Assembly (NCBI GenBank): GCA_001776635.1
Contig: MFCP01000004.1
Coordinates: 1,124-48,299 of the forward strand
Direction: 5' to 3'
DNA length: 47,176 bases
Source of the DNA: Candidatus Daviesbacteria bacterium RIFCSPHIGHO2_01_FULL_40_11
Lineage (GTDB): Bacteria > Patescibacteriota > Microgenomatia > Daviesbacterales > UBA10151
Of this stretch, positions 26,350 to 34,855 are shown piece by piece. The notes beneath the pieces are model-generated. The model saw only the letters and a list, made by a program, of their open reading frames with translations. It searched no databases and was not told where the DNA came from. The position numbers and the translations under genes were made by a program. Numbering within the stretch: the stretch's first letter is position 1; each line of letters opens with the position of its first letter.

Positions 26350-27726
26350 ATGGCTAAAAAGGTTCATTTCTTAGGAATAGGGGGTAGTGGGGCATCAGGG
26401 GCGGCGGCGATTGCAGAAGCTCAGGGCTTTGAAGTAACAGGTTGCGATCTGCAACCTAATAATGAGTTCACCACCATCTTCAAACCCAACCAGCTCCTCA
26501 CCGGTCACAGCCCGCAACATTTAGCTTCCCACATCGGAAGTGGGAACGTAGCCCCCGATTCAATCGGGGTAGATATCTTGGCAGTAACTCCGGCCATTTT
26601 TTCTCTTGATCCAGACAATCCCGAGCTTTTGGCGGCCAAAGAAAAAAATATTCCAATCATGACCTGGCAACAATTTCTTGGAGAGTACCTAACCAAAGAT
26701 AAATTTGTTATTGCCATATGCGGAACACACGGTAAAACCACCACCACTGCCATGATTGCTAAACTTTTGGAAGATGCCGGACTGGATCCGACAGTACTTC
26801 TTGGAGCCATAGTACCAAAATGGGGGACAAACTATCGCATACCCCGACAAAAAGTTCACAACCAAGAATATTTTGTCATAGAGGCTGATGAATTTAATGA
26901 CAACTTCTTACCCACCAAACCTGATATTGCTGTGGTAACCAATATCGAAATGGACCATCCGGAATATTTCAAGGATCTTGAAGCAGTTAAAGACAGCTTT
27001 AAAAAGTTCCTAATACAAGCCAAACAAACTGTGGTAGCCAATCTCTCAGATCCTGTAGTAAATCAAATTTTAAGTATCCACCCTAAGGATGTCAATACAA
27101 TTATTGATTACTCAAAACATCTTATAGATTTTACATTACAAATCCCCGGAGAATTTAATATCATGAATGCATCTGCTGCATTCCAAGTGGGACTCATATT
27201 AGGTATTGACCCTCAAGCAACCAGACAAAGCCTGGAAAGATTTACAGGGGCGAGCAGAAGGTTTGAATATATTGGGGAATACCAAGGCGCCAAGGTTTAT
27301 TCCGATTTTGGCCATCACCCAACAGAAATAGCGAAAACCATGGAAGCTGTCCGGGAAAAGTTTCCCAAAGAGAGAATTTTACTAATTTACCAACCACACA
27401 TGTTTTCCAGAACCAAAACCTTATTTAATGATTTCGTAAAAGTTTTTCAGAAGGTACCTGCTGATAAAACTTATATTATAGACATCTATCCATCACGGGA
27501 AGTCGACACAGAGCTAGTCAGCAGCCATCAGTTGGTTAAAGCAATCCAGAAGGAAATAGAACCAAAATTTCGCAATAGCGAAAAAGTGGTACCAGCTATC
27601 GTATATATAGGAAGCAAAAACCAAACCTTAAACAAACTAAAACCGGAGATAAGAAAAGGGGATATTGTCTTTTTTATGAGCGCCGGGGATACTGATGAAT
27701 TAGCTAAAGAGCTAGTCCGCTCCTAA
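26350..27726 (+). CDS. murC: UDP-N-acetylmuramate--L-alanine ligase MurC
   Basis: 458 aa. N-terminal HFLGIGGSGASGAA Rossmann motif, Mur ligase P-loop CGTHGKTTTT, and the DEF.D and HHP motifs. Confidence 0.9.
   Translation: MAKKVHFLGIGGSGASGAAAIAEAQGFEVTGCDLQPNNEFTTIFKPNQLLTGHSPQHLASHIGSGNVAPDSIGVDILAVTPAIFSLDPDNPELLAAKEKNIPIMTWQQFLGEYLTKDKFVIAICGTHGKTTTTAMIAKLLEDAGLDPTVLLGAIVPKWGTNYRIPRQKVHNQEYFVIEADEFNDNFLPTKPDIAVVTNIEMDHPEYFKDLEAVKDSFKKFLIQAKQTVVANLSDPVVNQILSIHPKDVNTIIDYSKHLIDFTLQIPGEFNIMNASAAFQVGLILGIDPQATRQSLERFTGASRRFEYIGEYQGAKVYSDFGHHPTEIAKTMEAVREKFPKERILLIYQPHMFSRTKTLFNDFVKVFQKVPADKTYIIDIYPSREVDTELVSSHQLVKAIQKEIEPKFRNSEKVVPAIVYIGSKNQTLNKLKPEIRKGDIVFFMSAGDTDELAKELVRS
26522..26572. repeat. 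double-hairpin element embedded in frame in murC; shares a 19-nt core with the holB element
   Basis: The sequence reads tagc-ttcccac-atcggaa-gtgggaa-cg-tagc-ccccgat-tca-atcgggg-tag, giving two 7-bp stems, each preceded by tagc. Confidence 0.75.
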
Positions 27727-30240
27727 CTTCCTAACCCAATCCTTAAACTGATTTCCCCGGTCTTCAAAATCTCTAAATAAATTAAAACTGGTTGAAGCAG
27801 GGGAGAGAAGACAAATTTTTCCAGGTTCAGTCACCTCAAAGGCTATTTTTACAGCTTTCCCCATATACTCAACATCAAATTTTTGTGGTGGTTTCTTGGA
27901 ATATTTACTGGTGGCATCCCAAATTTTTATGCCGGTATCCGGAAAAAGTATCAAAGTTTTAATGTGTGATTTTGCAATAGCCTCACCTAAAATAGAATAA
28001 TCCAAACCCCTATCGAATCCTCCGGCAATCAAAGTAGCAACATTTCTACCTAAGGCGGAAAGCGCCTCGACTGTTGCCTCCGGAATGGTAGACAGTGAGT
28101 CATTATAGAATCTGATTCTGGAAACTTCACCAACAAATTCCAGCCTATGAGGAAGAGGCTTAAAATTTATTATTGCCTCTTCAATTTTCTCATCTGGAAT
28201 TTTAAATAATCTTCCTATAATAATAGCTGGCATAATATTTAAAAGATTAAATTCTCCCAAAAGAGGGATAGTGTCTTTGTGTACTAAATTTTCGACTATT
28301 TGTTTATCTTCTTTTGAAAATGAAATCTTTTTAGCCTTAGAAACCTGGGCAATTAATTTTAGCCCCGGAATATCTTTGTTATAAATCAGGTAATCCTTCT
28401 GTGTTTGAAACTTGGTAATATTATTTTTTGCCTTAACATATGTTGAAAAATTTCCGTGATGGTCTAAGTGCTCGGGATAAATATTAGTCATTACTGCTAT
28501 ATAAGGGCTAACATCTAGATCTTCAAGTTGAAAAGAAGACAGCTCATAAACAAAAATGCTGTCTTTGCTGTCCTCTTTTAAAAAATCCAAAGCCGGAGCT
28601 CCGATATTACCAATAAGATGAGCCCTAAGGCCTCCTTTTTTAAATACCTCATAAATCAAAGAAGCGGTTGTACTCTTACCCTTTGTTCCCGTGACTCCAA
28701 TAACTTTGCCTTTGCAGTTTTTTAAAAATATTGCCGTGGGGGAGGTAATAATTTTTCCTTCTTCTTTAGCTCTTTGAATGTCTGCAAAGAAAGGGATTCC
28801 GGGAGATTTGATAATAACATCGTAACTAGTTAACGAACTTAAATAATTTTCTCCAAAAAAAGTTTTACCCACATTTTTTGGTAACTTAAGATACTCTTTT
28901 CTGTCTGCTGCATCCACTTTTTTAAAGGGAAATTTTTCCTTTAAGAATTTAAGGACCGACAATCCTTCTCTTCCCAATCCCAGAATTAAAATTGTTTGGA
29001 AGGACTGTAAAACTTTAGGGATTTCCTCTCCGTTTTTCTTTGCTCTTTCAACACTTAAAGAAATTGCGAGTTTTATCTCTTCAACCGTAGCCACACATTC
29101 AAATGGCTTCACCTGATCATTTTCGCGAAGCAATCCGTGAACAATGGGTATTAAATTCTCATCATCTAATAAATTCTTTCCAAAGATCTCTGCTACCTTC
29201 TTGCCCAAAAAGGGGTAGAGGAGAAGATAAGTGGAGACACACTTTGGGCACTTACCGCACCATATGCCTTGTTTCGAGCCTTTGTTACAACTTCTAAACA
29301 GTTTGTGATATTTCTCCATTTTAGAAAAGGATTCAGCTACTTGAAGTTCACCCAAGCTACTTAAGAAACTAAAGTAATTGACGGAGGGAGATAAATACTT
29401 TTTGGAATAATCTCTAAAATCTTGTTCAAATTCGCCAGTTTTGGAGTACTGGTGGTTAATTTCCTGGCCCATCCATTTCACATTTCCTTCATTAGAGGAG
29501 GCTTCATTAGAAACCACCAGATTCTTGTAATCATATAAGACTCCTGCAAGGGTAGAAAGAAATGCCAAATAAGCGGAAAAGGGGGTATGACCGTTCAAAT
29601 AACCTTGCTCATTTAGTTTTATAAGTGCTGGATCTATTATTCTTTTGATAATGATTGAATTTTTACATCCGCCCACCTTGGCTATCTTTATTGCTGCCTC
29701 AGTTGGGTTTAAAACCAAACATTGAAACTCTTTTCCTTTTTGGCTGTCAGATTCCAGAGTCAGAGCAGAATCTTTTCCTCCTCCGACCAAGACTAAATCC
29801 CGATCCTTTAACTCACCATAATACAAGCTAAGTTTCTGTCGATTCTCAATTTTAAACTCCACTAAATCTTTTTGGGTAAAATCTATTTTATTGTTGTAAA
29901 AGAACTCACCTAAACCTTTTACTAAAAGCTTTTTCCAAAAAGCAATTTGATCCTGATCCAGAAAACCGGCTTTAATAATGATTTGAGGGGAACAAGCAGC
30001 TTTCCAGTAACTTAAGAGCTCAATCATCCCTAAGTTAAACACCAAATTTTGCAAAACCCCAGAACCAATTTCCTTCAGTCTTCCCTCCGAAACATTTGGC
30101 ACAGTAAGTTCTGGCATAAATTTAATATTCGGGGTCAGCAGAAAATTAAAAGTAATCTTTAAGTTTCCATTTTCAGATAAAATCTTAAAATCCTCATAAA
30201 TTAACTGTCTGTGTTTATCCTTAAGTTCATCAAAATTCAT
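27712..30240 (-). CDS. fusion protein: N-terminal QueC-like PP-loop/Zn-cysteine domain (about aa 1-410) plus C-terminal UDP-MurNAc-L-Ala--glutamate ligase MurD (about aa 413-842)
   Basis: C-terminal half: ILILGLGREG Rossmann motif and GVTGTKGKSTT P-loop, a MurD-type layout. N-terminal half: VGGGKDS (nt 29767-29784) and Cx9CxxCxxC (nt 29239-29289), resembling adenine-nucleotide alpha-hydrolases such as QueC. Confidence 0.8.
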   Translation of the reverse strand: MNFDELKDKHRQLIYEDFKILSENGNLKITFNFLLTPNIKFMPELTVPNVSEGRLKEIGSGVLQNLVFNLGMIELLSYWKAACSPQIIIKAGFLDQDQIAFWKKLLVKGLGEFFYNNKIDFTQKDLVEFKIENRQKLSLYYGELKDRDLVLVGGGKDSALTLESDSQKGKEFQCLVLNPTEAAIKIAKVGGCKNSIIIKRIIDPALIKLNEQGYLNGHTPFSAYLAFLSTLAGVLYDYKNLVVSNEASSNEGNVKWMGQEINHQYSKTGEFEQDFRDYSKKYLSPSVNYFSFLSSLGELQVAESFSKMEKYHKLFRSCNKGSKQGIWCGKCPKCVSTYLLLYPFLGKKVAEIFGKNLLDDENLIPIVHGLLRENDQVKPFECVATVEEIKLAISLSVERAKKNGEEIPKVLQSFQTILILGLGREGLSVLKFLKEKFPFKKVDAADRKEYLKLPKNVGKTFFGENYLSSLTSYDVIIKSPGIPFFADIQRAKEEGKIITSPTAIFLKNCKGKVIGVTGTKGKSTTASLIYEVFKKGGLRAHLIGNIGAPALDFLKEDSKDSIFVYELSSFQLEDLDVSPYIAVMTNIYPEHLDHHGNFSTYVKAKNNITKFQTQKDYLIYNKDIPGLKLIAQVSKAKKISFSKEDKQIVENLVHKDTIPLLGEFNLLNIMPAIIIGRLFKIPDEKIEEAIINFKPLPHRLEFVGEVSRIRFYNDSLSTIPEATVEALSALGRNVATLIAGGFDRGLDYSILGEAIAKSHIKTLILFPDTGIKIWDATSKYSKKPPQKFDVEYMGKAVKIAFEVTEPGKICLLSPASTSFNLFRDFEDRGNQFKDWVRKLGAD

Positions 30241-30251
30241 TTGTGGTATGA

Positions 30252-30294
30252 ATTATACCTCAAAAATGATATTGATTCCCTTTTGGGGTATAAT
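30252..30294. promoter_or_regulatory. back-to-back TATAAT boxes for the divergent PP-loop/MurD fusion gene and alr
   Basis: attata at 30252-30257 reads TATAAT on the minus strand, 11 nt from the ATG at 30240. TATAAT at 30289-30294 lies 11 nt from the ATG at 30306. Confidence 0.4.
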
Positions 30295-30305
30295 TTTAGC
30301 TTCAT

Positions 30306-31442
30306 ATGATTGACCGATTTTTAAATTTTTTTAGGAAAAGTTATCAGACTTTAAATATCATAAAAGTGTCGCGTGATAACTTATTACAAAATTTTAACTA
30401 CGTGGCCGCATTAGATAAAAAAGTAAAAATTGCTCCCGTTGTCAAAAGTAATGGTTATGGACACGGAATCATCAATGTGGCTAAGATTCTAGATCCCAAA
30501 AATACCCCGTATTTTTGTGTAGACAGCTTATTTGAGGCTTACCAGTTACAAAAAGCTAAGGTTAAAACTCCTGTTTTAGTGATAGGTTATACTAATCCGG
30601 AAAATTTGAAGTTCAAGAAATTGCCATTCTCTTTTGCAGTTTTTGATTTAGAAACAGTCAAAGTTTTAAATAAGTTTCAACCAAACTGTGGGGTACATAT
30701 TTTTGTAGATACCGGAATGCGCAGAGAAGGTGTAACAATCGAGGAACTCCCGAACTTTTTAAATAACATTTTAAAACTGCCTAATGTTAAAATCGAAGGG
30801 CTGATGTCACATCTTGCCTCGTCAAAAAGCCGGACTGATCCGCTTTTTCTAGCTCAGATCAAACAATTTAAAAAAGCAAAGGAAATTTTTAAGAAAATGA
30901 AGGTACATCCAAAATGGTTTCATATCGGCGCAACAGGCAGCCTTGTTAACCCTGAAACCCGACCGATTATAGCCGGTGTTTCCAACCTTGCACGAGCAGG
31001 TTTAGCTTTATATGGCTTCTCTTCAAGCACCTTTGATGAAAACCTAAAACCAGCCCTAAGTCTTACCAGTAAAATTGTTCAAATAAAGAAGGTTTCAAAA
31101 GGAGAGAAATTGGGCTACGAAGGAACATTTACGGCCAAAAAAGATACGCTCGTTGGAGTCTTGCCAATAGGGTATTATGATGGAGTAGACCGCAGGTTAT
31201 CCAATAAAGGAATATTTTTAGTGGACAATATCGAATGTCCAGTACTCGGAAGAGTCTGCATGAATATTAACATTATTAACTTAAAGTTAGTCCCAAATCC
31301 AAAAGTGGGACAGGAGGTAATTGTATATTCCGGTAATCCGGAAGATAAAAATTCAATTGGAAACTGCGCCAAAAGATGTAAAACCATTCCCTATGATCTC
31401 TTGGTAAACCTTGCCGAAACAACCAGAAGAATAGTCGTTTAA
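30306..31442 (+). CDS. alr: alanine racemase
   Basis: 378 aa. PLP-lysine motif APVVKSNGYGHG and a C-terminal beta-domain with GYYDG. Confidence 0.9.
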   Translation: MIDRFLNFFRKSYQTLNIIKVSRDNLLQNFNYVAALDKKVKIAPVVKSNGYGHGIINVAKILDPKNTPYFCVDSLFEAYQLQKAKVKTPVLVIGYTNPENLKFKKLPFSFAVFDLETVKVLNKFQPNCGVHIFVDTGMRREGVTIEELPNFLNNILKLPNVKIEGLMSHLASSKSRTDPLFLAQIKQFKKAKEIFKKMKVHPKWFHIGATGSLVNPETRPIIAGVSNLARAGLALYGFSSSTFDENLKPALSLTSKIVQIKKVSKGEKLGYEGTFTAKKDTLVGVLPIGYYDGVDRRLSNKGIFLVDNIECPVLGRVCMNINIINLKLVPNPKVGQEVIVYSGNPEDKNSIGNCAKRCKTIPYDLLVNLAETTRRIVV

Positions 31443-31445
31443 ATT

Positions 31446-32189
31446 ATGTATTCCACTGTAAACAGACAAAATATTTATTTTCAAAAGGTTGGGAAAGGGA
31501 AGAATTTAATTTTAATCCATGGTTGGGGAACAGATGTATCAAGCTTTTGGCAACTCATTGATTTTTTAAAAGACAACTTCACTCTTTGGCTTGTTGACTT
31601 GCCGGGTTTTGGCAGAAGTGATTTGCCCACAAAGGAGTTCTCAATTTTGGATTTTGCAAGAATAATTGCAGAATTTATTAAAGAAAATAATATAAAAAGA
31701 CCCGCAATTTTCGGGCATTCATATGGTGGAAAGATCGCAATAAAGCTTGCCAAAGTTTATCCTAATTTAATAGATAAATTAATACTGGAGGGAAGTTCCG
31801 GCATAAAACCGGAAAAAAATCTTTTTCATTCCTTGATTTTTCCGTTTGTCAAAATTGCTCATTTTTTGCTGCCAGATATTTTTCATGCTAGATCCAAAAT
31901 CCGCAATAAACTTTATAAAAAACTTCAGTCAGACTATGCTGAGGCAGGAAGGATGAAAAACATTTTTCTAAATACTTTAAAAGAAGATTTGACAGCTGAT
32001 TTATCTAAAATACAGGCAGAAACTCTGCTGATTTGGGGAGAAAGAGATAGAGCCATCCCTTTAAAATATGGCAAAAAAATGTATCAGTTACTTAAAAATT
32101 CCAAATTGGTAATACTTGAGGATATGGGTCATTTTCCTCACGCAAAATGGCCGGAAAGGGTAGCCTACTTTGTCAAAGATTTTGTCTAA
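31446..32189 (+). CDS. alpha/beta-fold hydrolase
   Basis: 247 aa. HGWG oxyanion region, nucleophile elbow GHSYGG, and a C-terminal His (MGHFPH). It sits between alr and murF with tight spacing. Confidence 0.7.
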   Translation: MYSTVNRQNIYFQKVGKGKNLILIHGWGTDVSSFWQLIDFLKDNFTLWLVDLPGFGRSDLPTKEFSILDFARIIAEFIKENNIKRPAIFGHSYGGKIAIKLAKVYPNLIDKLILEGSSGIKPEKNLFHSLIFPFVKIAHFLLPDIFHARSKIRNKLYKKLQSDYAEAGRMKNIFLNTLKEDLTADLSKIQAETLLIWGERDRAIPLKYGKKMYQLLKNSKLVILEDMGHFPHAKWPERVAYFVKDFV

Positions 32190-33621
32190 AATTTTTCCAA
32201 TACTGGATCACCTTTATATTTACCAACTGCTAGAGTATAACTGGGGGGAATTTCTAGTATGGTTTTTGAAAAACCCATTTAAAAGGGCTTTACAAAAAAA
32301 GCACAAACTTGAATGGACCCAAAAGGTAAAACTTTTAGCACTCGTCAGCATAACTTTACTTATTTTGGATTCGACAGTAACTTCCTATACATTAAGTGGG
32401 GGGGTTCTATGGAGTTTAATTTTGTTACCGATCAAAACTCTTTACTTCCCACTGTTTTTAATAGTTGCCCAGATTTTAATCTCACCGCTGGAATTATATC
32501 AAAAAGAAAAAATATTAATAAAAGCAGCAGAAAAATTATCAAAATTACCTAATTTAAAAGTTGTGGCAATAACAGGATCGTTTGGCAAAACTTCTACAAA
32601 AGATATTCTCTATACCTTTCTTTGGAAAAAATACTACGTTGTAAAAACTCCCAAAAGCTTTAATACCTCTTTAGGGATTGCTCAAACTATTTTAGAAGAT
32701 ATAAAAGAAAATACGGAGGTTTTCATTTGTGAAGTAGGGGCATATAAAATAGGGGAGATTAAAAAAATTGCCAGTTTAATAAAACCAACAATAGGAATTA
32801 TCACTGCAATTGCCCCGCAACACTTGCAAAAATTCGGCTCTTTGGAAAATATTGCCAAAGCAAAATTTGAACTGCCCCAATCTCTGGAAGAAAGGGGAGT
32901 AGTAATCTTAAATAGCAACTACCAGAAGATTAAAGAGTTAGCCTCAACAGTTAGTGCAAAGGCTTATCTTTACGGAACAGAAGGCGATCCATTCTATGCA
33001 ACAAATATAAAATCGGGGGTTGAAGGGACATCTTTTACCATACATACACCAAAAGGGGAAGCAGATATCCATATACCCCTAATAGGGGAGCATCATGTCC
33101 AAAATTTCCTGGCTGCTGCAGCAGCTGCTTTACAGTTAGGCTTAAAACTTGCGGATATTAAAGAAAGGGCAAAATTATTATTGCCAACCCCACACAGAAT
33201 GGAAATTAGAAGAATGGGAAATATGATATTAATAGACAACTCATATAATACTAATCCAATATCTGCAGAAAGCTCTTTAAATTTGCTTGCAAGTTTCAAA
33301 GACAGTAGGAAAATTGTTATTACCCCAGGATTTGTGGAATTAGGGAAAGAGGCTGCAGGTGAAAATCAAAATTTCGGCAATAATATAGCCTGTATTGCTG
33401 ATGAGCTAATAATTGTTGGGGGGAATGCCAAAAAAGATTTATTAAAAGGAATAAAACAAGTTTGGCAAGATGCGGAAGAAAAAGTTCACTTTGTAAACTC
33501 TACACAGGAAGGGATAGATTTGGCCTATCAATTAGCCAAAGAGCTGACTGAATGGATAGCCAGATATGATACCGAAGTAGTCATACTGTTAGAAAACGAT
33601 CTCCCTGACCAATATTCTTAA
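32170..33621 (+). CDS. murF: UDP-MurNAc-tripeptide--D-alanyl-D-alanine ligase MurF with a hydrophobic N-terminal region
   Basis: TTG start; there is no in-frame ATG for more than 300 codons. Mur ligase P-loop ITGSFGKTSTKD, with central and C-terminal Mur ligase domains. The first 110 or so aa contain 2-3 hydrophobic segments. Confidence 0.8.
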   Translation: MSKILSKIFPILDHLYIYQLLEYNWGEFLVWFLKNPFKRALQKKHKLEWTQKVKLLALVSITLLILDSTVTSYTLSGGVLWSLILLPIKTLYFPLFLIVAQILISPLELYQKEKILIKAAEKLSKLPNLKVVAITGSFGKTSTKDILYTFLWKKYYVVKTPKSFNTSLGIAQTILEDIKENTEVFICEVGAYKIGEIKKIASLIKPTIGIITAIAPQHLQKFGSLENIAKAKFELPQSLEERGVVILNSNYQKIKELASTVSAKAYLYGTEGDPFYATNIKSGVEGTSFTIHTPKGEADIHIPLIGEHHVQNFLAAAAAALQLGLKLADIKERAKLLLPTPHRMEIRRMGNMILIDNSYNTNPISAESSLNLLASFKDSRKIVITPGFVELGKEAAGENQNFGNNIACIADELIIVGGNAKKDLLKGIKQVWQDAEEKVHFVNSTQEGIDLAYQLAKELTEWIARYDTEVVILLENDLPDQYS

Positions 33622-34787
33622 ACTTTCACTCCACCTTTTTGGGCCATGGAGGATAATAAACCACTCTCAAAAGTATATTGGGTTTTGCTTTGGTTTTCTG
33701 CTCTCTTCAAAGCAAATTCTATTAACATATCCAAAAGTTTAGAAAATTTAACCCCTGATTTTTCCCAAAGATAAAATGCAAAAGATCCAGGAGGAGTGTT
33801 TATCTCATTAATCCAAAACTTTTCCTTTTTTTTATCCACAAAATAATCTATTCTGGCTACTCCACATCCGTCTAAAGCCTTAAAAACTTTTATTGTGGCC
33901 TCCTTAATCTCCTGTGTTAGTTTTTCAGAAATTGGGGCCGGAATAATCCGAGAAAGAGAAGCCATACCCATACCTTTACTACCCTTGCCTCCACCTTTTT
34001 GGTATTTATCAGAAAAAGATAGAACTTGAGATGTGGCAACCGGCATTTCGCAAACAGAGGCCCTAACTTCTTCGTAACCTAAAGCAGAACAGTTTACTTC
34101 AATAGTATCTTCAAAGGATTCTTCAATTAAGGCTTTTTCAGAGTATGTAAATGCCACCTCCAAAGCAAAATTTAAAGAATCCTCATCTTTGGCGCTATTT
34201 ACTCCGATTGAAGAACCAATTGTTGCGGGTTTTACATACATGGGGAATTTCAAAACCCTTTTGGCTTGCTCCAAAATTTTTTGGGGATTTTTTAAAAAAT
34301 CAATTCTGCGGAGCGCTATGTAATTGCAAACCGGCAACCCCAATTCTTTAAAAACAGCTTTTGAGATGGCTTTATCCATAGTAATCCCTGATGCCAAAGT
34401 GTTAAATCCCGTATAAGGAATCTGATACATTTCTAGTAACCCTTGCATACAACCATCCTCCCCGAAAGACCCATGAAAGGAAAGAAACGCTACATCTAGG
34501 GATACAAACTTACCAAATAAACCTTGCCTAAGGAATCCGCCTCGATTTTCTTTTCTGCCCAGTGTGATTTTGGTGGAGGATAAAAGCAAGGAATCTACAT
34601 CTTTGTAGTTTTTTAAGTCCAAAAATTTAAGATTAGTATAGAAGTCGCCTTTCTTGCTGACATAAACAGGAATTATTTCATAACGGCTTTGGTCGATATT
34701 TTCGAAAGCCTGAAGAGCGGTTAGGACAGAAATTTCATGTTCCACCGATCTTCCCCCGAAAAACAATCCAATTTTTAGCTTTTGCAT
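33618..34787 (-). CDS. ddl: D-alanine--D-alanine ligase
   Basis: 389 aa. N-terminal GLFFGGRSVEHEISV, then an ATP-grasp domain. Confidence 0.9.
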   Translation of the reverse strand: MQKLKIGLFFGGRSVEHEISVLTALQAFENIDQSRYEIIPVYVSKKGDFYTNLKFLDLKNYKDVDSLLLSSTKITLGRKENRGGFLRQGLFGKFVSLDVAFLSFHGSFGEDGCMQGLLEMYQIPYTGFNTLASGITMDKAISKAVFKELGLPVCNYIALRRIDFLKNPQKILEQAKRVLKFPMYVKPATIGSSIGVNSAKDEDSLNFALEVAFTYSEKALIEESFEDTIEVNCSALGYEEVRASVCEMPVATSQVLSFSDKYQKGGGKGSKGMGMASLSRIIPAPISEKLTQEIKEATIKVFKALDGCGVARIDYFVDKKKEKFWINEINTPPGSFAFYLWEKSGVKFSKLLDMLIEFALKRAENQSKTQYTFESGLLSSMAQKGGVKV

Positions 34788-34795
34788 TTTCCAGC

Positions 34796-34825
34796 ATTAT
34801 ACTGTTATTTCAATTCTGAAGTCAA
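34796..34825 (-). promoter_or_regulatory. sigma-70-like promoter for ddl, leaderless geometry
   Basis: On the minus strand, TTGACT-18 nt-TATAAT, with the -10 box ending 8 nt before the ATG at 34787. Confidence 0.5.
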
Positions 34826-34843
34826 AACAATCAAACACCGAGG

Positions 34844-34849
34844 TATAAT
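34844..34849 (+). promoter_or_regulatory. -10 box for def, leaderless geometry
   Basis: TATAAT ending 6 nt before the ATG at 34856. No convincing -35 box and no SD. Confidence 0.35.
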
Positions 34850-34855
34850 ACTTAA

